Source: Basidiobolus meristosporus CBS 931.73 | Lineage: Eukaryota; Fungi; Basidiobolomycota | Direction: 5' to 3' | NCBI GenBank assembly: GCA_002104905.1 | Contig: MCFE01000058.1 | Coordinates: 131,200 to 195,199 of the forward strand | Length of the DNA stretch: 64,000 nucleotides | Part shown: positions 23,951 to 37,547 of the stretch, piece by piece | How positions within the stretch are numbered: the stretch's first letter is position 1 | Layout of the letters: every line of letters begins with the position of its first letter | Position numbers and translations under genes: made by a program | The notes under the pieces: model-generated | What the model saw: only the letters and a program-made list of their open reading frames with translations | Databases searched by the model: none | What the model was told of the DNA's origin: nothing

Positions 23951-24551
23951 TGTGCCAAAGGCATAACCCGGGGTTCGCGACCCAGGATTATATAGCGAAT
24001 CCAGGCTGGAAGTTTAACCGCTGCCGCCTTCTTATTTGGAAGGTGCTTATCCAGATCGCACCATCTTTGGGCAGAAGGGATTTCCACCGAGCAAACACGT
24101 TCTTGAGCCGAAGATTCCCCGCCGAGAATGGATGTGGGTATCGAGTTAGCTTAAGCATCCTCCATAAATATCCATTTATTCGTCCAGAAAAGCAACCGAC
24201 ACCAACAGTAAACATGAATGAGCAATGCACAGGTCGCCACTGGGTTTAGCTTCGCGGAGAACGAATCAATCGATACTCTATGGGTCGTCTCATCCCAGGT
24301 TTCCATCTTGTACCAAGCACCTCTTGAATACTGCGCCACCCTGATGGAGGGTTGATATATAGTCCAGCATCCAAATCCCCTTTCCATCAGAATTTTGCGA
24401 GGAGAGTTTCTAGCATATTCCTGGACGTGATCTCAAATTGGCTGATAGGATCAGGATCAGCGTTGGTAATGGGGGATGACGATGACAACCAATAAATTTT
24501 TCGAGCTCCCTGGTGCTCCAGACACACTTCTTTCTTGTTTACCACTGTACC

Positions 24552-25434
24552 ATGGCGAAGAAATTCAAAGGGGAAAATAGCAAAGGTATGCTAACATGCT
24601 CCTTGACAAGCGCCCCCCGAGCGGCCCTATTCATACTCCCCCTTCTTTCTAGTCACCGCTGCCAAAGAGCGCAAAGCCAAGGGCAACGCTGAGGCCAAAG
24701 CTAAGAAGGACGCCGAGGTGGAGGCCCGGGAATCCGTAGAATGGGCCAAGGGAGCCAAGAAGGGTGATAAGAAGGAGCTGGAGGCGGCCAAAAAGGTGTG
24801 TACCCAGAGTCGGCTCGTCCGGTGGTGTCAGTGGAAGTAACCTAGTCCTTGTAGGCGGAGAAACTTCAAAAGAAGATGGAAGCCCAGGCCCTTCTCGACA
24901 AAGAGACCAAGGAGTTCGCGAAGCACAAGCCGATCGCTCCACCCCGTTTGAGCGGTGCTGAGGTAGGAGTCTGTGTTGTAGTTGTCCAGTGAACGAGCTC
25001 GACTCATTCGATCCGTTTCGCAGAAAAAAGCGGCCAAGAAGACCCAGGAAGTGGAGAGTTTCCAAGCCGAGAACCGCCAGCCGGTTATCGAACTTGGTGC
25101 CTCCAACATCGACGATGCTTTGGACCTTATGGAGGCAGTTAACGAATCTTCCGATGCCGCAGCCAACTCGAACAAGTTGCTTCTTGATCGTCATCCGGAA
25201 AGACGTGCCAAGGCGGCGTACGCCGCTTACGAGGAGCGTGAGTTGCCTAAACTCAAGGCGGAGAACAAGGGGCTGCGTCTCACGCAGTTGAAGCAGATCC
25301 TCTGGAAAGACTGGCAGAAGTCTCCCGAGAATCCATTCAATCAAGCCTCGTTAGCCTTCGACGCCAAGAGACAGGACGGAGTGGATCTGGTCGAGCAGCA
25401 GCGTCAAGCCATCGAGGAAAGATTAAGAATCTAA
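24552..25434 (+). CDS. CCDC124: CCDC124/Lso2 family ribosome-associated coiled-coil protein; exons 24552-24585, 24653-24795, 24855-24962, 25024-25434
   Basis: MAKKFKGENSKVTAAKERKA N-terminus; DRHPERRAKAAYAAYEERELPKLKAENKGLRLTQLKQILWKDWQKSPENPFNQ signature; three GT-AG introns keep frame. Confidence 0.92.
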
Positions 25435-25693
25435 AGCCTCCGACGAAGTCTCCACTCACTCCGGGACTAGATATTCGTTTGTCGTATGCTCTCTTCCCCC
25501 AGTCATTATAGATGCCCTGTTCGTAGGATCCCATCAACCACCTTGAATTGTACTGATATCATGGTGGGATCTATTCTTTCACTTCCAATGTAAAACTAGT
25601 TATCCCAAGACCAACCCTTACTAGCCAAAGTTGCTATTAAAGACATTCGCTTGCCAGGCATTAAAGAGATGTTTATTCAGTTGATGGACGAGC

Positions 25694-27107
25694 CTACAGG
25701 TTGGATCGGATTTGTCCCTTGGATTGTTCGTCGAGGAAACTAGTGATAAGACGTGCTGAACGAATTCAATGGACGGGTTAATGGAGGAGATACACGGTGG
25801 TTCACAGTGGCTGGCATTACCGGTGTTTTCAGGGTGCTCTTGCGGGATCTAGTATAACAGTGAGTGAGGTTGTGGATGGCACACGAAGGGCAGGTGCTTA
25901 CCAGGTGTTGTCCCGGGACGATACGTCCCACTCCGCGATTCGTCTTCCTGGCGAAATTCGCAATCATTTCCGGGAAACTACACGTAGCCAACTTCAGTTC
26001 ACTTGGTCACACCATGCGATGTATCAGGATACCTACATGGTGTTGCTGTTCTTGCCACCCACAAAAAGCACCGGTATCTGGATGGTGTGCAATTGTTCGT
26101 AGCAATATGCGGATGCGTTGGGAGATCCGGCGAAGGTTGCCTAGTGAAACACACGGTTGAGCTCCTAGCCAGCATCTCCTCTACTGCAAACAACATGGAC
26201 TGACCGCTTCTTGCTTTGGGGGACATTTCAGCGTAATTTTTCCATCTGGGGTTTGGTACATGCCGTGGTTCTATTGAACAGAGGGTCAACCAAGAGGGAA
26301 TCAGGGGTGGGCTACCAGGAGGCTTTACCACATATTCTTCTATCACTCGAGCATCCCAGGTGTTGAAGAATGTCTTGGACATCAAATACTCTTTAACCGC
26401 ATCTCTAACGAAGGTGAACAGGTGGTTGAGTGAGGTCCCGACAGATGACAGGTACGTAGACATGTTATAGGTGGAGCCAACCTGTCTTCCCATACGCTCT
26501 TCCGTCTCCTCGCTGCTTCTATCAGCATCAAGCCTGCTTTTGACTTCTGGTCCACCCCTATAATAGGCTCCAGGGCAATTATCCCGCTGAAAGTATCGGG
26601 CCTGGCCACTTCTGCCAATAAGCTGGTTGAGATAGGATTTAGAAGTGAGCATCGAAAGCCGGTCAACCCTTAGCCTTACGTGGTGCAGCCGCCCATGGAA
26701 TGACCGACGCCGAACAAGGGCTTTTTCACCTCCACCTGGTCCAGGAGGTTCAGGAGGTCTTGGGAAAGGAGGGTCCAGTCACCTGGGTACCCCAAAGGGG
26801 GGGGGAGAATCATTAATGCTGTTCAACGGGAATGTGAAATACAACTGAGCGTACACTCTTCGGATAGAAGGTCCTTGTTCTCCAGCCCGCTGTCCCCATG
26901 GTTGCGTACGTCGAACGTGAGAAAGTTGTACTTCACAGCAGCCTTCTTCAAGTACTCGATGGTAGGGTTCCAAATCTCCTTGTGGAAACCGGTGGCGTGG
27001 GCAAACAAGACGGACCCCACGGCCTTCTCGTGGACCCAGTGCTGGACCGATACCTTGATGCCTGTGGCCGGGTTAGTGAGTAAACTGGTTGTCAACTGAT
27101 ATTCCAT
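25694..27107 (-). CDS. Multi-exon alpha/beta hydrolase (Abhydrolase_6-like), C-terminus SNL
   Basis: HATGFHKEIW, DVRNHGDS, spliced GVGHSMGG nucleophile elbow (about 26685-26715), GQHL/IPQEHP His motif, last exon ARLITSFLDEQSKGQIRSNL-TAG (stop 25694-25696). Middle exon boundaries not fully resolved. Confidence 0.8.
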
Positions 27108-27424
27108 TACGTGTTGGGCTCGCTCGCTCGCTCACTCACTCCCTCTTTCGGGAGCCTTAAGTAGCGGGGGACCATGGGAAGTAAATGGCCACGCTTAGTA
27201 AGCCTGTATAGGGGATCACATGGATCCAATTGGCTTGTGACTTTCGAGATGATCTTATCATATGGCAAGCTGGAATAGGAATTTATTAAATAAGCAAGCA
27301 AATTACACAAGTGAATAGGAAATAAATAAGAAAACTAGCGGGGGCGGGAGCGGTACTGAGAGCGGGAACGACAACGACAACGACAATGACAAAGGCAAAG
27401 GCAAAGGCAACGGGGACTCGGTAC

Positions 27425-30400
27425 TTATGCGTAGTAACTGGGGGAGACAAGGAGGTCACTCAGGGTATCCAGCTGCTCTTCAGTAAACGCGAGTTTGTCT
27501 AGGACCCAGGTCTCTTGGTGGGTGCGACGGAAATCAAGGAATGTCTTTTTGGCGGTGGTTGAGATGGGAATCGGATCCGAGATGAAGGGGACTAGGGAGA
27601 TGAGCGCGTCGGGCATCCACTTGGGAATGGCGCCCGGCTCACCACCGTATGGGAATGCCTGGATTAATGCGGCCACCCCGGAAACTCCCGCATGTCTACG
27701 AAGAATCGCCTCGCTCTCCGAGTATCCAGCGGGCGTGGGGGTGGAGGTTCGGCTTGGGTGAGGGATGGGGATGGGGATGGGGACGGGGACGGGGACGCGC
27801 TCTCGCTACGTTTATTCCGTCTCGCGAGCGGGGTGGCGAGCAGCTCTCTGAATCGCTTCATCAAGTACTCGATAGAGTTGCGCTGGGAGCATCTCACCAA
27901 GCCACTGATGGTGTTCGAAGCCATGGTGCGCACTTCGAGCTGGGGGTCGAGAAGCGCCTCGACCAACATATCGATGACCTCTCTCCAGGATCGCTCGTCG
28001 ACGCCGAACAAGTTGCGGAACAGAAAGATCTGCACCACCGGCAAGGATTTGGATCGGAGGTGCCACGAGGGGGACTTCAACAGCCCGCGGAACATCTCGA
28101 TGATCTCCCGTAACATCGAGGGCGGCAGGTTGTTCTGGAAGAGAAGCTCTAGGGCGCCGGTGGCGAATTTCTGCAACTCCTGGTCGTCGTCGTCCTGCAT
28201 GTAAAACATCTCCGGCACCAGTCGGGTCAAGTACGGCAACAACGGGGCGATCCGACTGCTGGTGGAGAGGATCCGCACCAGAGTGAGGACCGACTTGCTC
28301 ATACCGACGTAGTCGGAATGATCGGTCGGGCTCTCGGACTCGCGGGACTCGCGGTGCGCAAGGAGCGTGCGGAGTAGCTGATCCATGAACTCGTCCACCA
28401 GAGCCACGTTCTGAGCAGCATACTGGCCCAGCGGGTCCTCCTCCACGGCGAATGGTCGCCAGAAGAGCTGGAAAACGTCGGCGATGATGGTCGCGGCCAT
28501 GTCGCGGATCTCCTTGTAGGGATGCTCCATCATACCGGTGCATCGAGAGAAGACAGCGCGTGCATACGGCAGGCAGCGCCAGTTGAAAATGACAAGCATG
28601 GTGCGCATGGAGATCAGTCGCTTCACCTGCGAGAGCGGGTTGGATGTCTCCAGATCCAGTGGATACCTCATCAGGCTCTCGATGATGATGGAGAACCGAC
28701 GCGGGTCCCTGTTGGTCATGGCCCATTGCATGGCAGCCGTCCACAGCGGAATCACCTCGAGGGTCAGGTTCGGGAAGATCTTCTCAGTCAGCAGCGGGGT
28801 GATGAAGTCCAGCATGTGCTTCCACTTGGCGTACTCCCAGTGCTTGCTGCCGCGAAGCATGCCCCCGACAATCTCGGCCAGCGTCTTCTGCACGTTCTTG
28901 TAGGCGTAGTTGTTGGCATTGGTCAGAATGAACTTCTCCAGCAGAGACAGCAGCTGGGTGTCGAATATCTCGAAAAGCCCCTTGAAAAACAATAGGTTAT
29001 GCGAGGAGACGGTGATGTCGCTTTCGTATTGCTCCTGGCTCATGTAGACGATGCACTTGTCCCAGAAGCCCTCTTCGAGGAAGTGGGAAACGTGCTTCTC
29101 AAGAGGCTGGCGCAATGTAGCGGCCATCTGGCCGTTATTAGGGGAGTAGACTTTGAATTGCTTGGGGAAATGGTACCAACCTAGGTATTCTTGGTCGTGG
29201 AATTGCGCATCGACATAGTCCTTCTCGCATGAGATGGGCGTATTCAATTGTCGCAGGTATTCCTCGAGGGTGAGTGCGGGCCGAGGCGCTCTTTGTAGAC
29301 TAGCGGGCGTTCACCCAACACCTGCTGCTTGTGGACGTAGATGTTGTTGTTCAAGGCCTTCAGCGCCACCGACCGCAGGACAATCAGCTCCGAGACCGCG
29401 GCCTTGGCAAGGTACTCGACCACCTCCCAGTTCACCGGCTGGTCCTTCCTGGTGAGCAGAATCCCCAGGAACAGGATCGCCATCCTGGCAAACCTCCAGT
29501 GGAGGTTGTTGGCATGGACGATCTTCAACAGATCCTGGATCAGCTCCAGGTAAATCTTGACGTTCGCGTCGTTTCGCTCTCCGATCTTCAACGCGGCCTC
29601 TTGGGCGAGCGTCTCCGTGTCGTCGCGAGCCAGCATCCTGGCAGCCGCCTTCACCGTCTCCTCGGTGATCTCGAACGTCAAGGTTGGGGAGACGTAGCGA
29701 TAGGTGAATTCAAGATACACCACTTCGATCAGCTTCTGGATCGACTCTTTCTGCTCGTGTCGCCCATCGAAGATCACTTTCATAAAGCCAGCCATGGTGC
29801 CCCAGTCGCGCAGATATGCACTCTGGAACGGACGCATGCGCAACAGGTACAGCGCTCCCTTGAGCCCGTCCGAGCTTAACTTGGCGGTTTCTATGTGCTG
29901 GAAGATCTTGGCCAGCAGCGTGTACTTCGAGTCTTGGAAGCATGAGATCGCCGTGTCCAGGAACGACTGGGCCAGCTTGCGGATGGCGGTGTAGTGGCTC
30001 ATCGAGAGATCCAGGAGATCTTCCATCAGCTCCTGATGGATGGCGAGCTTGGGGGCAATGGTCGCGTTCAGGAACAGTCGCTCGGTATGAAGCATGTGCA
30101 GCCTGCGGGCCAGCACGTACCTAGGATACCTCTGGCTACGCTTGGTGTGGACGGAGTAGTCTTGCGAGGCCATCTTCAGGAGCTTTATCACCGCTCGGCG
30201 GGACTCGTATTTCTCCTTGGTCTCGCCTCGGTTGGTCAAAAACACGTTGATGATCTTGAGGACGATCTTGATGGACTTGGTGTCGTCCTCCCTCTCGCTC
30301 TGGAGGTAGCGGACAAGGTTGTGTAGCAAGAGTCCCAGCTCCAGTCTGGTTTTGCGGATGTCTTGGCATCGGACGTCGGTCGCATCCATAAGACAGTACC

Positions 30401-33400
30401 CGGCGTTGATGATCTTCCGCGAGGGATGAGTGTGCTGGCCGTGGTGCTCGTGCTCATGGACTTCTTGATCGGCCGGACAGGTGTTTGCTGGCACGTCCAC
30501 CGTCAGCGTGGAGATGCCCTTGACGACGTACCGGGTCAGCGTCAGCTTGCGAATGAAGTCGTTCTTGTCCACGGCCGACGTATTGGTCCCGTCGACGATC
30601 TGGGCCAACTCGGCCATCATCGGCTTCAGGAAGATATGCACCATGTGAAGGGCAAAGTCGATCTCGCCGCTGCTGGGCACATGCCATTCTAGGGAGAGTG
30701 CGTGGGAATCCTGGATGACCCCCCATTGCTGGAAATGGGATCTGCGGAACTCCGGGTCGCTCATGGTGCTCATGGAGAAGTTCCTTTCGTCCAGCGTGTA
30801 CGTCCACGTGAGGCTTCGCAGCAGATTTCTCAACCCCTTGCCTGCGTACTTGTATCCGCGCTTGGACTTGAGCTTGGTCATGGTGGTAATGGTCTCAAGT
30901 ATCTGCTCCTGGTACTTGAGGATCTCCGCCCCCGAGTACTTCAAAACCCCCGCCAAGATCGACTGGAACCAGGTGAGCTTCAGGTCGGATTGAGATGTGG
31001 CGTTGACATCAGAGCCCGCGCCGTTCTCGATCTCCTCCAAGATCGAGGTGCAGCAGAGCGGGACAAACTTCGCCAAGGCTGGCTTGCGGTTGCTTGTTGT
31101 CAAGGTACAGCAGAAGATTCCTGAGACGTGGGTAAGCATTCTGGAGCATGTGTATCTGTGGGGCGGAAGCTGCTGGGCTTACCTATGGTTTTGATGGCGC
31201 TTGCGATGACATTGTTGGAGACGAAGGCGATGGTTTTCGCGAGGACGAGCTCAAATATCTCCGGGGAGAGCGATTGGAAGAAAAGGTCGGCGCAGTACAG
31301 CATCATGTGAGTCATGCCAGCCTCTCTTTCCGGCATATTCTCCAGCTACACGGAAGGATCGTTAGGTGCATGTCGTCAGTAGAAAGGACGCGCACTTACC
31401 AAGGCGAAGATTCTTTCCAGGAAGTTGATGGCAAACTCTTCAAACCCTTTGGTCACGGAAAAGACCGTTTCCTCTATGAGCTCGTCGGACCATGGGGGAA
31501 CGGTGAGGGTCGGGCTAGGATTGTCAGCCTCCATCAACGGGAGGCAAAACAAACAGCTACTGATGAACTTGAAGGTCGTGATTGTCTTGATGCTATCGTT
31601 AGCATCGATCCCCGGAAGCACCATGTTGAAAAGATCCAGGATGTGGGTAGCGCCCATCGGGTACATTTTCCTGGTCAGAATGATCCTTGCCAGCGACGAA
31701 AGGGCAATGATCGAGGAGTTGGTACGATGTGTCTACACCCATGAAATGTGAAACGGTGAGTGGCGTTGTGAGAGGCGTGGGATCCGCTGGACATACCTCG
31801 GTCAATGACTCCAGCGAATAGGAGACCTTCTCCATCAGCGGCGGCACAATCAACTCGGGCTTGACATCTTAAAAGAACCATCAGCATCGCATCGAAAGAA
31901 CTGCCACACTAAACAGATTCGTTACATCCTAGGCACCGTAGAGCGGTAATGGAATTATTGACGACCATGTCATCTTTTCCAAACATCGACAGGAATGCAA
32001 CGTGCTTGAGAGTCGTCACGAAGTCGCTCTTCATTTCCTCCGTGATTCGGAACTCTTCAGGCGTCCGGCAGTCAGGCTCGGATTCTAGAATGAACACCAA
32101 ACGTAAACAAGCCGCGCTGTCAGCAAGGGTCCCAATGCGCGTTTACCTTCGGAAAGTCTCTTCAGAAAATATGTGGTCAGGTTCCTAAGGAACCCGGCCA
32201 AGATCGACGAGAGTCTATGTGTGTGATTGGAGGGATGGAAGAAGGTTTCCACAGCCTGGATGAGCTTCTTGAGCTCATAGAGAACCTGGTTCCCCTCTTG
32301 TGGCGACATCATATAAACAATCAAGCGAGCGCAAGAGGCCCTGACGTCCTGTACGGGAAAAAGCCAAGTCGATGAGTATGGAGCATGTGGTGGATCCCCG
32401 ATATACGCACCTTCTCCTTCATAAACGACAACAGCTTATCTTTGGAGCCAATCTTCAACCTGCCGGCGATCCCAGTTCCACGTCCAACGGGCACCTCAAG
32501 AAGCTTCAATGTTACGGTGAACATATGCTGCACTACGTGCGGCTCCCATTGGATATGCCCTATGCGATCCCGAGCTACCCTGGAGTACAAATCTAGCCAC
32601 AGCGTATCCCAGAGCGCAGAGTTTCTTTGCCACGTCCACACAGACAAAAAGGTATCAAACCACAGCGAAACATCGGCGACATTGGTGGGCAAAAAAAGCA
32701 CCATGTAGGCTTGGGCTCTAAGAAGCATGGTTGGCGTGAATGTCGAAAGCGTTTCGGAGAGTATCGACAGCGTGGCACTGGGTGAAGAGAGTATGCTGGG
32801 CAATGCCCCGGGGATTACTTTATGGGAGAATGGGAAAAGATTAGGTAAGAATTCTTCAAGGATCTCCTTGGTCGACTCCGGCAGGAAAAACCGCTTCGTA
32901 AACTCCACAGTGCGCATCACCGTGGTAACGTTTCGACTACATGAAATTCATTAGGTCTACTGACTGTTGGCTTCATCTACTTCCCAGCCTACCGATCGTT
33001 CTCATGCGCTTTCTCGCGTTGCTTCTGCTGAATGATACTCTCGATTGTGTCGTAGAGCGGTCTCCAAGGAACAGACCAAGCGTCATCAGGCAACTCTGGG
33101 GGCTGCTTTCTGTCGGCATAAGAATTAGAACGTACTATGGCTTGATTCAGTCGCGGCCCAAACGTACTTGATTAGCTTCAATAGGTAGACCGCCCAATAC
33201 TGCGTCATCGATGAATCATACACCCGAGGCGACACCAGGAGTTGGAAATACAGGTCGGCAAGCCTCAAGCGAGACTCGAGAGGCAGAGGATATTTTACGT
33301 TCAGGTACCTAATCAAGGGAAATCAAAGAAAGCAGGGTCAGCTTAAGAACCAAAACAACCAGTGTAGACGGTACGTACGCATGCAAACGTTTAGTCCAAG

Positions 33401-33581
33401 AATTGGCACCAACTGCGAGGTCCCCAGAGAGGATACAGGCTGCAAGACCTCTTTCAATTTCCTCTAGCACTCTTTCTGGCTGGGAAGTTGGCTCCTCCGG
33501 AATGGAAACAGGGTAAGGCAGAAGAGTATTGTAGTCAGGCTTACTGTGCCAAGAGGAAGATGGCACTACTGCAGTACTCAT
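27425..33581 (-). CDS. BLM10: Proteasome activator Blm10/PA200 (PSME4), multi-exon
   Basis: N-terminal YNTLLPY...SWTKRLH/YL..KYPLP; HEAT-like body; ILRRHAGV.G..ALIQAFPY...P.WMP; C-terminal PSYYA HbYX motif. Two apparent -1 frameshifts in G/C runs (27762-27764, 29278-29280). Confidence 0.93.
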
Positions 33582-33818
33582 TTTTAGTAGTAAAGACCTT
33601 ACAGCAATAAATTTATGCCTGTATGGATGAGGTTCTATTAATTTTGGGAGGATAGATACTCGTGGATTGAGCGATTCAATGACTGCTCACGTAATACCTG
33701 CTCCGGAAAATCCACCAAGTTATGCTGAACTCATCAACCGCAATTAGGCTCAACACATGCTCCAAATCAGCTAGGGCTGGGAAATTTTCCATCGTCTCAG
33801 TAACTTAAGGGGGTCCCA

Positions 33819-33848
33819 TAACCCTAGCCCCTTATCAACCCTAACCCT
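33819..33848. promoter_or_regulatory. Telomere-repeat-like motifs in the divergent BLM10 / aminotransferase intergenic region
   Basis: TAACCCTAGCCC (33819-33830) and AACCCTAACCCT (33837-33848); a regulatory role is only inferred. Confidence 0.3.
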
Positions 33849-34270
33849 GCGCTCCTGGTGTAATCAATCAACGGCCTGGTCGGCTCGATCAATGTGTTGG
33901 GGCCTAGTCAAAGTAATCAATTAATTACTCACGTTATGGTGGCCTAGTGTTGCCCATCCAATTCCAGACCTGTACTGATGTCAATACCAAGTGAGCGCTA
34001 GGGCTCGAGATTGAATTATCCGGAATTGCATGATTGCCCAACCTGGTTAACCAAGATCTAAAACGGTATTACTATTTGCAACCTGCCCTTTGATTCGTCC
34101 TTATTCTGACGCCATAAGGCGTCATGCACTGATTGGCAGAGCTCTTGTAATCTAGAGTGACCAAATAAAGATCACCTCCTTCTGGTTTTACCTGATAATG
34201 AATCGAGGAGATAGAATATGTTGCTCCCGGCACTCCGAGTCGAAAAGTTATAAAAGGCAACGCTGGAAAG

Positions 34271-35701
34271 ATGCCTCCAATGAATCACACTATCATGTCT
34301 AACACTCCACGGCTTTCAAAGCGCTCTCAGCTGGTGAAGAAGATCCCCACCCCATTGATCCAAGGCACCACCAGGTTTACGAAAGATGCGTACGACGCGG
34401 TCGAGAACCCCTCCGGCATTGTCAATCTTGGCGTGGCCGAGAATTCTTTAATGCACGATGTCCTTGTGAAGAAACTGTCCACCCTGGTCACGTTCAAAAA
34501 GAACCTCTTGAGCTACGGAACCTATTATGGTACTGAAGCTTTAAGGGTGGGAATCGCCAACCTTTTTAACCGCAATCTACATCCCGCCAAGCCATTCACA
34601 AGCAAGCATCTCACGGTGCACAATGGGGCAGGCCCAGCCCTAGACCAACTAACGTTTGCACTATGCGACCCCGGAGACGGAATCCTTATGACCACCCCGT
34701 ACTATGGTTGGTATTTCCCCTAATGCAACAATGTTAAGCATGTTACTAATCGGTGCGGATTAGGTGGGTTCGATTTTGACCTGGCCGCCAAGGCACAAGC
34801 ACAGATCATTCCTGTGGAGCTTCAAGAAACCTCTCCCTTTGAATTGGCCCATGTTGCCAAATTGGAGGCCGCCTTGAATAAGGCTCGTGACCAAGGCGTT
34901 GTTGTGAAGGCTATCTGCATCTGCAACCCTCACAATCCTCTTGGCGCATGCTACCCAGTCGAGGTTCTGGAAGAGCTATTGCGGTTTGCAAATAGGAACG
35001 GCCTCCATGTAATTTCCGATGAGATTTATGCGTTGTCCGTATTCAACGAAGACGCCGGCTCCTCATTCAGATCGGTGTTCTCTCTACCGAACCTAGAGTC
35101 ATTGATATCCCCTAGCTCCGTACACATGGTCTGGTCTTTCAGCAAGGATTACTGTGCCAACGGGCTGAGGGTTGGCGTGGTGCTCTCGCCGTACAATCCC
35201 GAGCTGATCGAGTCTCTCCAATCTGTCGCCCTCTTCACTGGTATATCATCCACGACGGACAGTCTCTTGACCTCCCTTTTGAGGGAGGAGAGCTGGATGG
35301 ATTGGTTCGTGGAAGAAAACAAGCGAAGACTCTTGCAGAGCTATCAGCGCTTGTCTGGGTTCTGCGACGAACACAGCATCTTATACCAGCCTTGCTCGGC
35401 CGGTCATTTCGTATGGTTCGATTTCCGAAGGGAGGTGGAACTGCTGAGATTGTCAGGTGACACGGAAGATGCCGAGGTTTTATTATGGAATGCATTCATC
35501 TCAAATGGAGTATACACAGCTTTCGGCGGAGCATTCCATTCGGAAGTGCCCGGCTACTTTAGAATCACGTTCACTGTTCCTTGGGAGATTTTGGAGATTG
35601 GCCTGAGCCGAATGTTCGCTGTCATCGACTCGATTAGAAACCTTACCAAGTCACCTGTAACCACTGGCCATGCCAGAAACCAAGCCATCATTGGTGGCTA
35701 G
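34271..35701 (+). CDS. PLP-dependent class I/II aminotransferase, ACC-synthase-like; exons 34271-34706 and 34764-35701
   Basis: NLGVAENSL, spliced PYYGGFDFDL, NPHNPLG, ISDEIY, SFSKDYCANGLRVG (PLP lysine), GYFRITF; intron GTTGGT..TACTAAT..TAG. Confidence 0.88.
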
Positions 35702-36298
35702 CACTGTAAAAATCTAATTTCTTGTTTGTACTTGTCAATAAATATATATGTAAATGTGAATAGATGGGTAAATGCAAATGCGAGTATAAGGGCGGATGTA
35801 GATGTGAATATAAGGGCAAACGCAATCAACCCCAACTACGATTTCATTCCACTCAGTCCAATGTTAGATTTGTCCTATGGTGGTGTAAGTGAATGCAGAT
35901 ACTCTTCCAATTGCTGGTTCACTTTCCTCTTTAGCGCTTGAACCATCAACATGCTCTCAGTTTGACTCAATAGCATATTGTAATTGTTCCCAGCAAATAG
36001 TCCTGTACATGGTACCCACTTTTATTATTGAGGATGCTGAAGTGACTGAATGAGTGGACCCACCGGGGATACACCCATGTAACAAGTATCTCCTTTGCTT
36101 CCAAGACGCATTGGTAATTCCCTGGCTAAGATTCAAGTAAGTGTAACAATATAGCCCTGTACGAGAGAATTTCTCATGCTATGGTGATCGCGCTAATGAT
36201 ATTCGGTGAGAATGTCGTTTCACTCACGCAGATGCTGCCACACGAAAACATTATAAAGGTGCACTCTCCCGTAAAGCAACATCAAGTCACTCACCATT

Positions 36299-36472
36299 AT
36301 GAAGGTCTCTCTGATTGCTCTCACTACTCTAATCGCCGTCCTAGCAACTGTCAAGGCATCTCCGGTGGATAGCACCCCAGGCAACGAAGGCACTATTGAG
36401 GCTCGTGGATGCTGTCAGTGGTATGGTTGCGGTCCTAGCGGAGACAAATGCTGCTCATACGGATCCTGCTAG
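36299..36472 (+). CDS. Prepro Cys-rich secreted peptide, copy 1 (57 aa): MKVSLIALTTLIAVLATVKASPVDSTPGNEGTIEARGCCQWYGCGPSGDKCCSYGSC
   Basis: Manual translation (below the ORF-track cutoff); signal peptide, pro-region ending EAR, 21-aa 6-Cys tail; TATAAA 47 nt upstream of ATG. Confidence 0.88.
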   Translation: MKVSLIALTTLIAVLATVKASPVDSTPGNEGTIEARGCCQWYGCGPSGDKCCSYGSC

Positions 36473-37547
36473 GCATAGGCTGCCCTCAATGTCTCAAATA
36501 AACTGTTTCCATGTCGCAAAGTGGTTCACAGTGTTATGTATCTTGAATAAAAAAGAATGAGATGAAATGGAGTCCAGCAAGACTAAAGTAATGATGTTCA
36601 ATTCATCTTTAGAGTTATATTGGCTCTGAATTCTTAGCTCCTGACACGATGCTAATCAATGAAGTCATTCCACTTTTCTTGACGAGGGTCACGTGAAGAT
36701 ATGACCAAGTTGTTATATAGCAATGCTTCACGTTTAGCGATCCCCTTTCATAACGCATCTCCTTCACCAACCTGTGGGCTAACAAATACTCACAGAAAAT
36801 GGCTCTGCGTGCGTTGGCTCTTGCTATCATTGTAAATGCTGGATCGTCGAGTCAAATGGTTTGTGTAATATTAACGAGGTTACGAAAAGATACAGCGAGT
36901 TGGTGCTTAGAAAACAAGTATTCACCAGGTGTCTCCATTGATACCAAGGAGTGACACAATCGAAAGATTCGTTGGCTATGTAGTAAATGACTCATGGCTA
37001 TGTGGTAAATGGCTCATAGTGTTGTTCAATAAAAAACGAGATGAAGTTCAGTGAATACTCAAGTTATCCTCCATCAAGATAATATACATAGATGAACGTA
37101 GTGACCCGATGATTACATAATAAAAAATGCACATAAGCTTTTCCCACAATCCCAATCGCTAGATCTCCAGCACCAACCAGTTGATCCATTTAGCTCAACC
37201 GTTACACATATGCTCCCTGTAGATGGTTCTGTGCAAGTTACTAACTCGTATTATTCTTCCTTTCAGCTGGATCACTTGTGTGATATGAATGAAGCTACCA
37301 AGAAATTGCTAAGTGGCTCCATTGTTACCAAGAAGCGATAGGATCAGAAGATTCGTTGGAGTTAGTATGGTCAATATAAGGCCGGGGCTTGAGTACAATT
37401 TAGCCCTGTGCGAGAGAATTCATCCAGCTGTTATGGTCACACCAGTAATGTTCAGTAGGAATGTCGTTTCACTCACGCAGATGCTGCCACACGAAAACAT
37501 TATAAAGGTGCACTCTCCCGTAAAGCAACATCAAGTCACTCACCGTT

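Noticed and set aside
27361-27415. Compound hexamer microsatellite (GACAAC/GGCAAA) and (GCTC)n near 27117-27140
   Set aside because: Ordinary simple repeats in an intergenic/UTR region with no sign of function.
24649-31887. Many long antisense or alternate-frame ORFs over CCDC124 and BLM10 (e.g. 24649-25344, 27692-28204, 27812-28744, 29331-29879)
   Set aside because: Shadows of GC3-rich coding sequence; no motifs of their own.
35726-35941. N/V/A-rich 71-aa ORF downstream of the aminotransferase
   Set aside because: Low-complexity 3' UTR-like sequence; no coding evidence.
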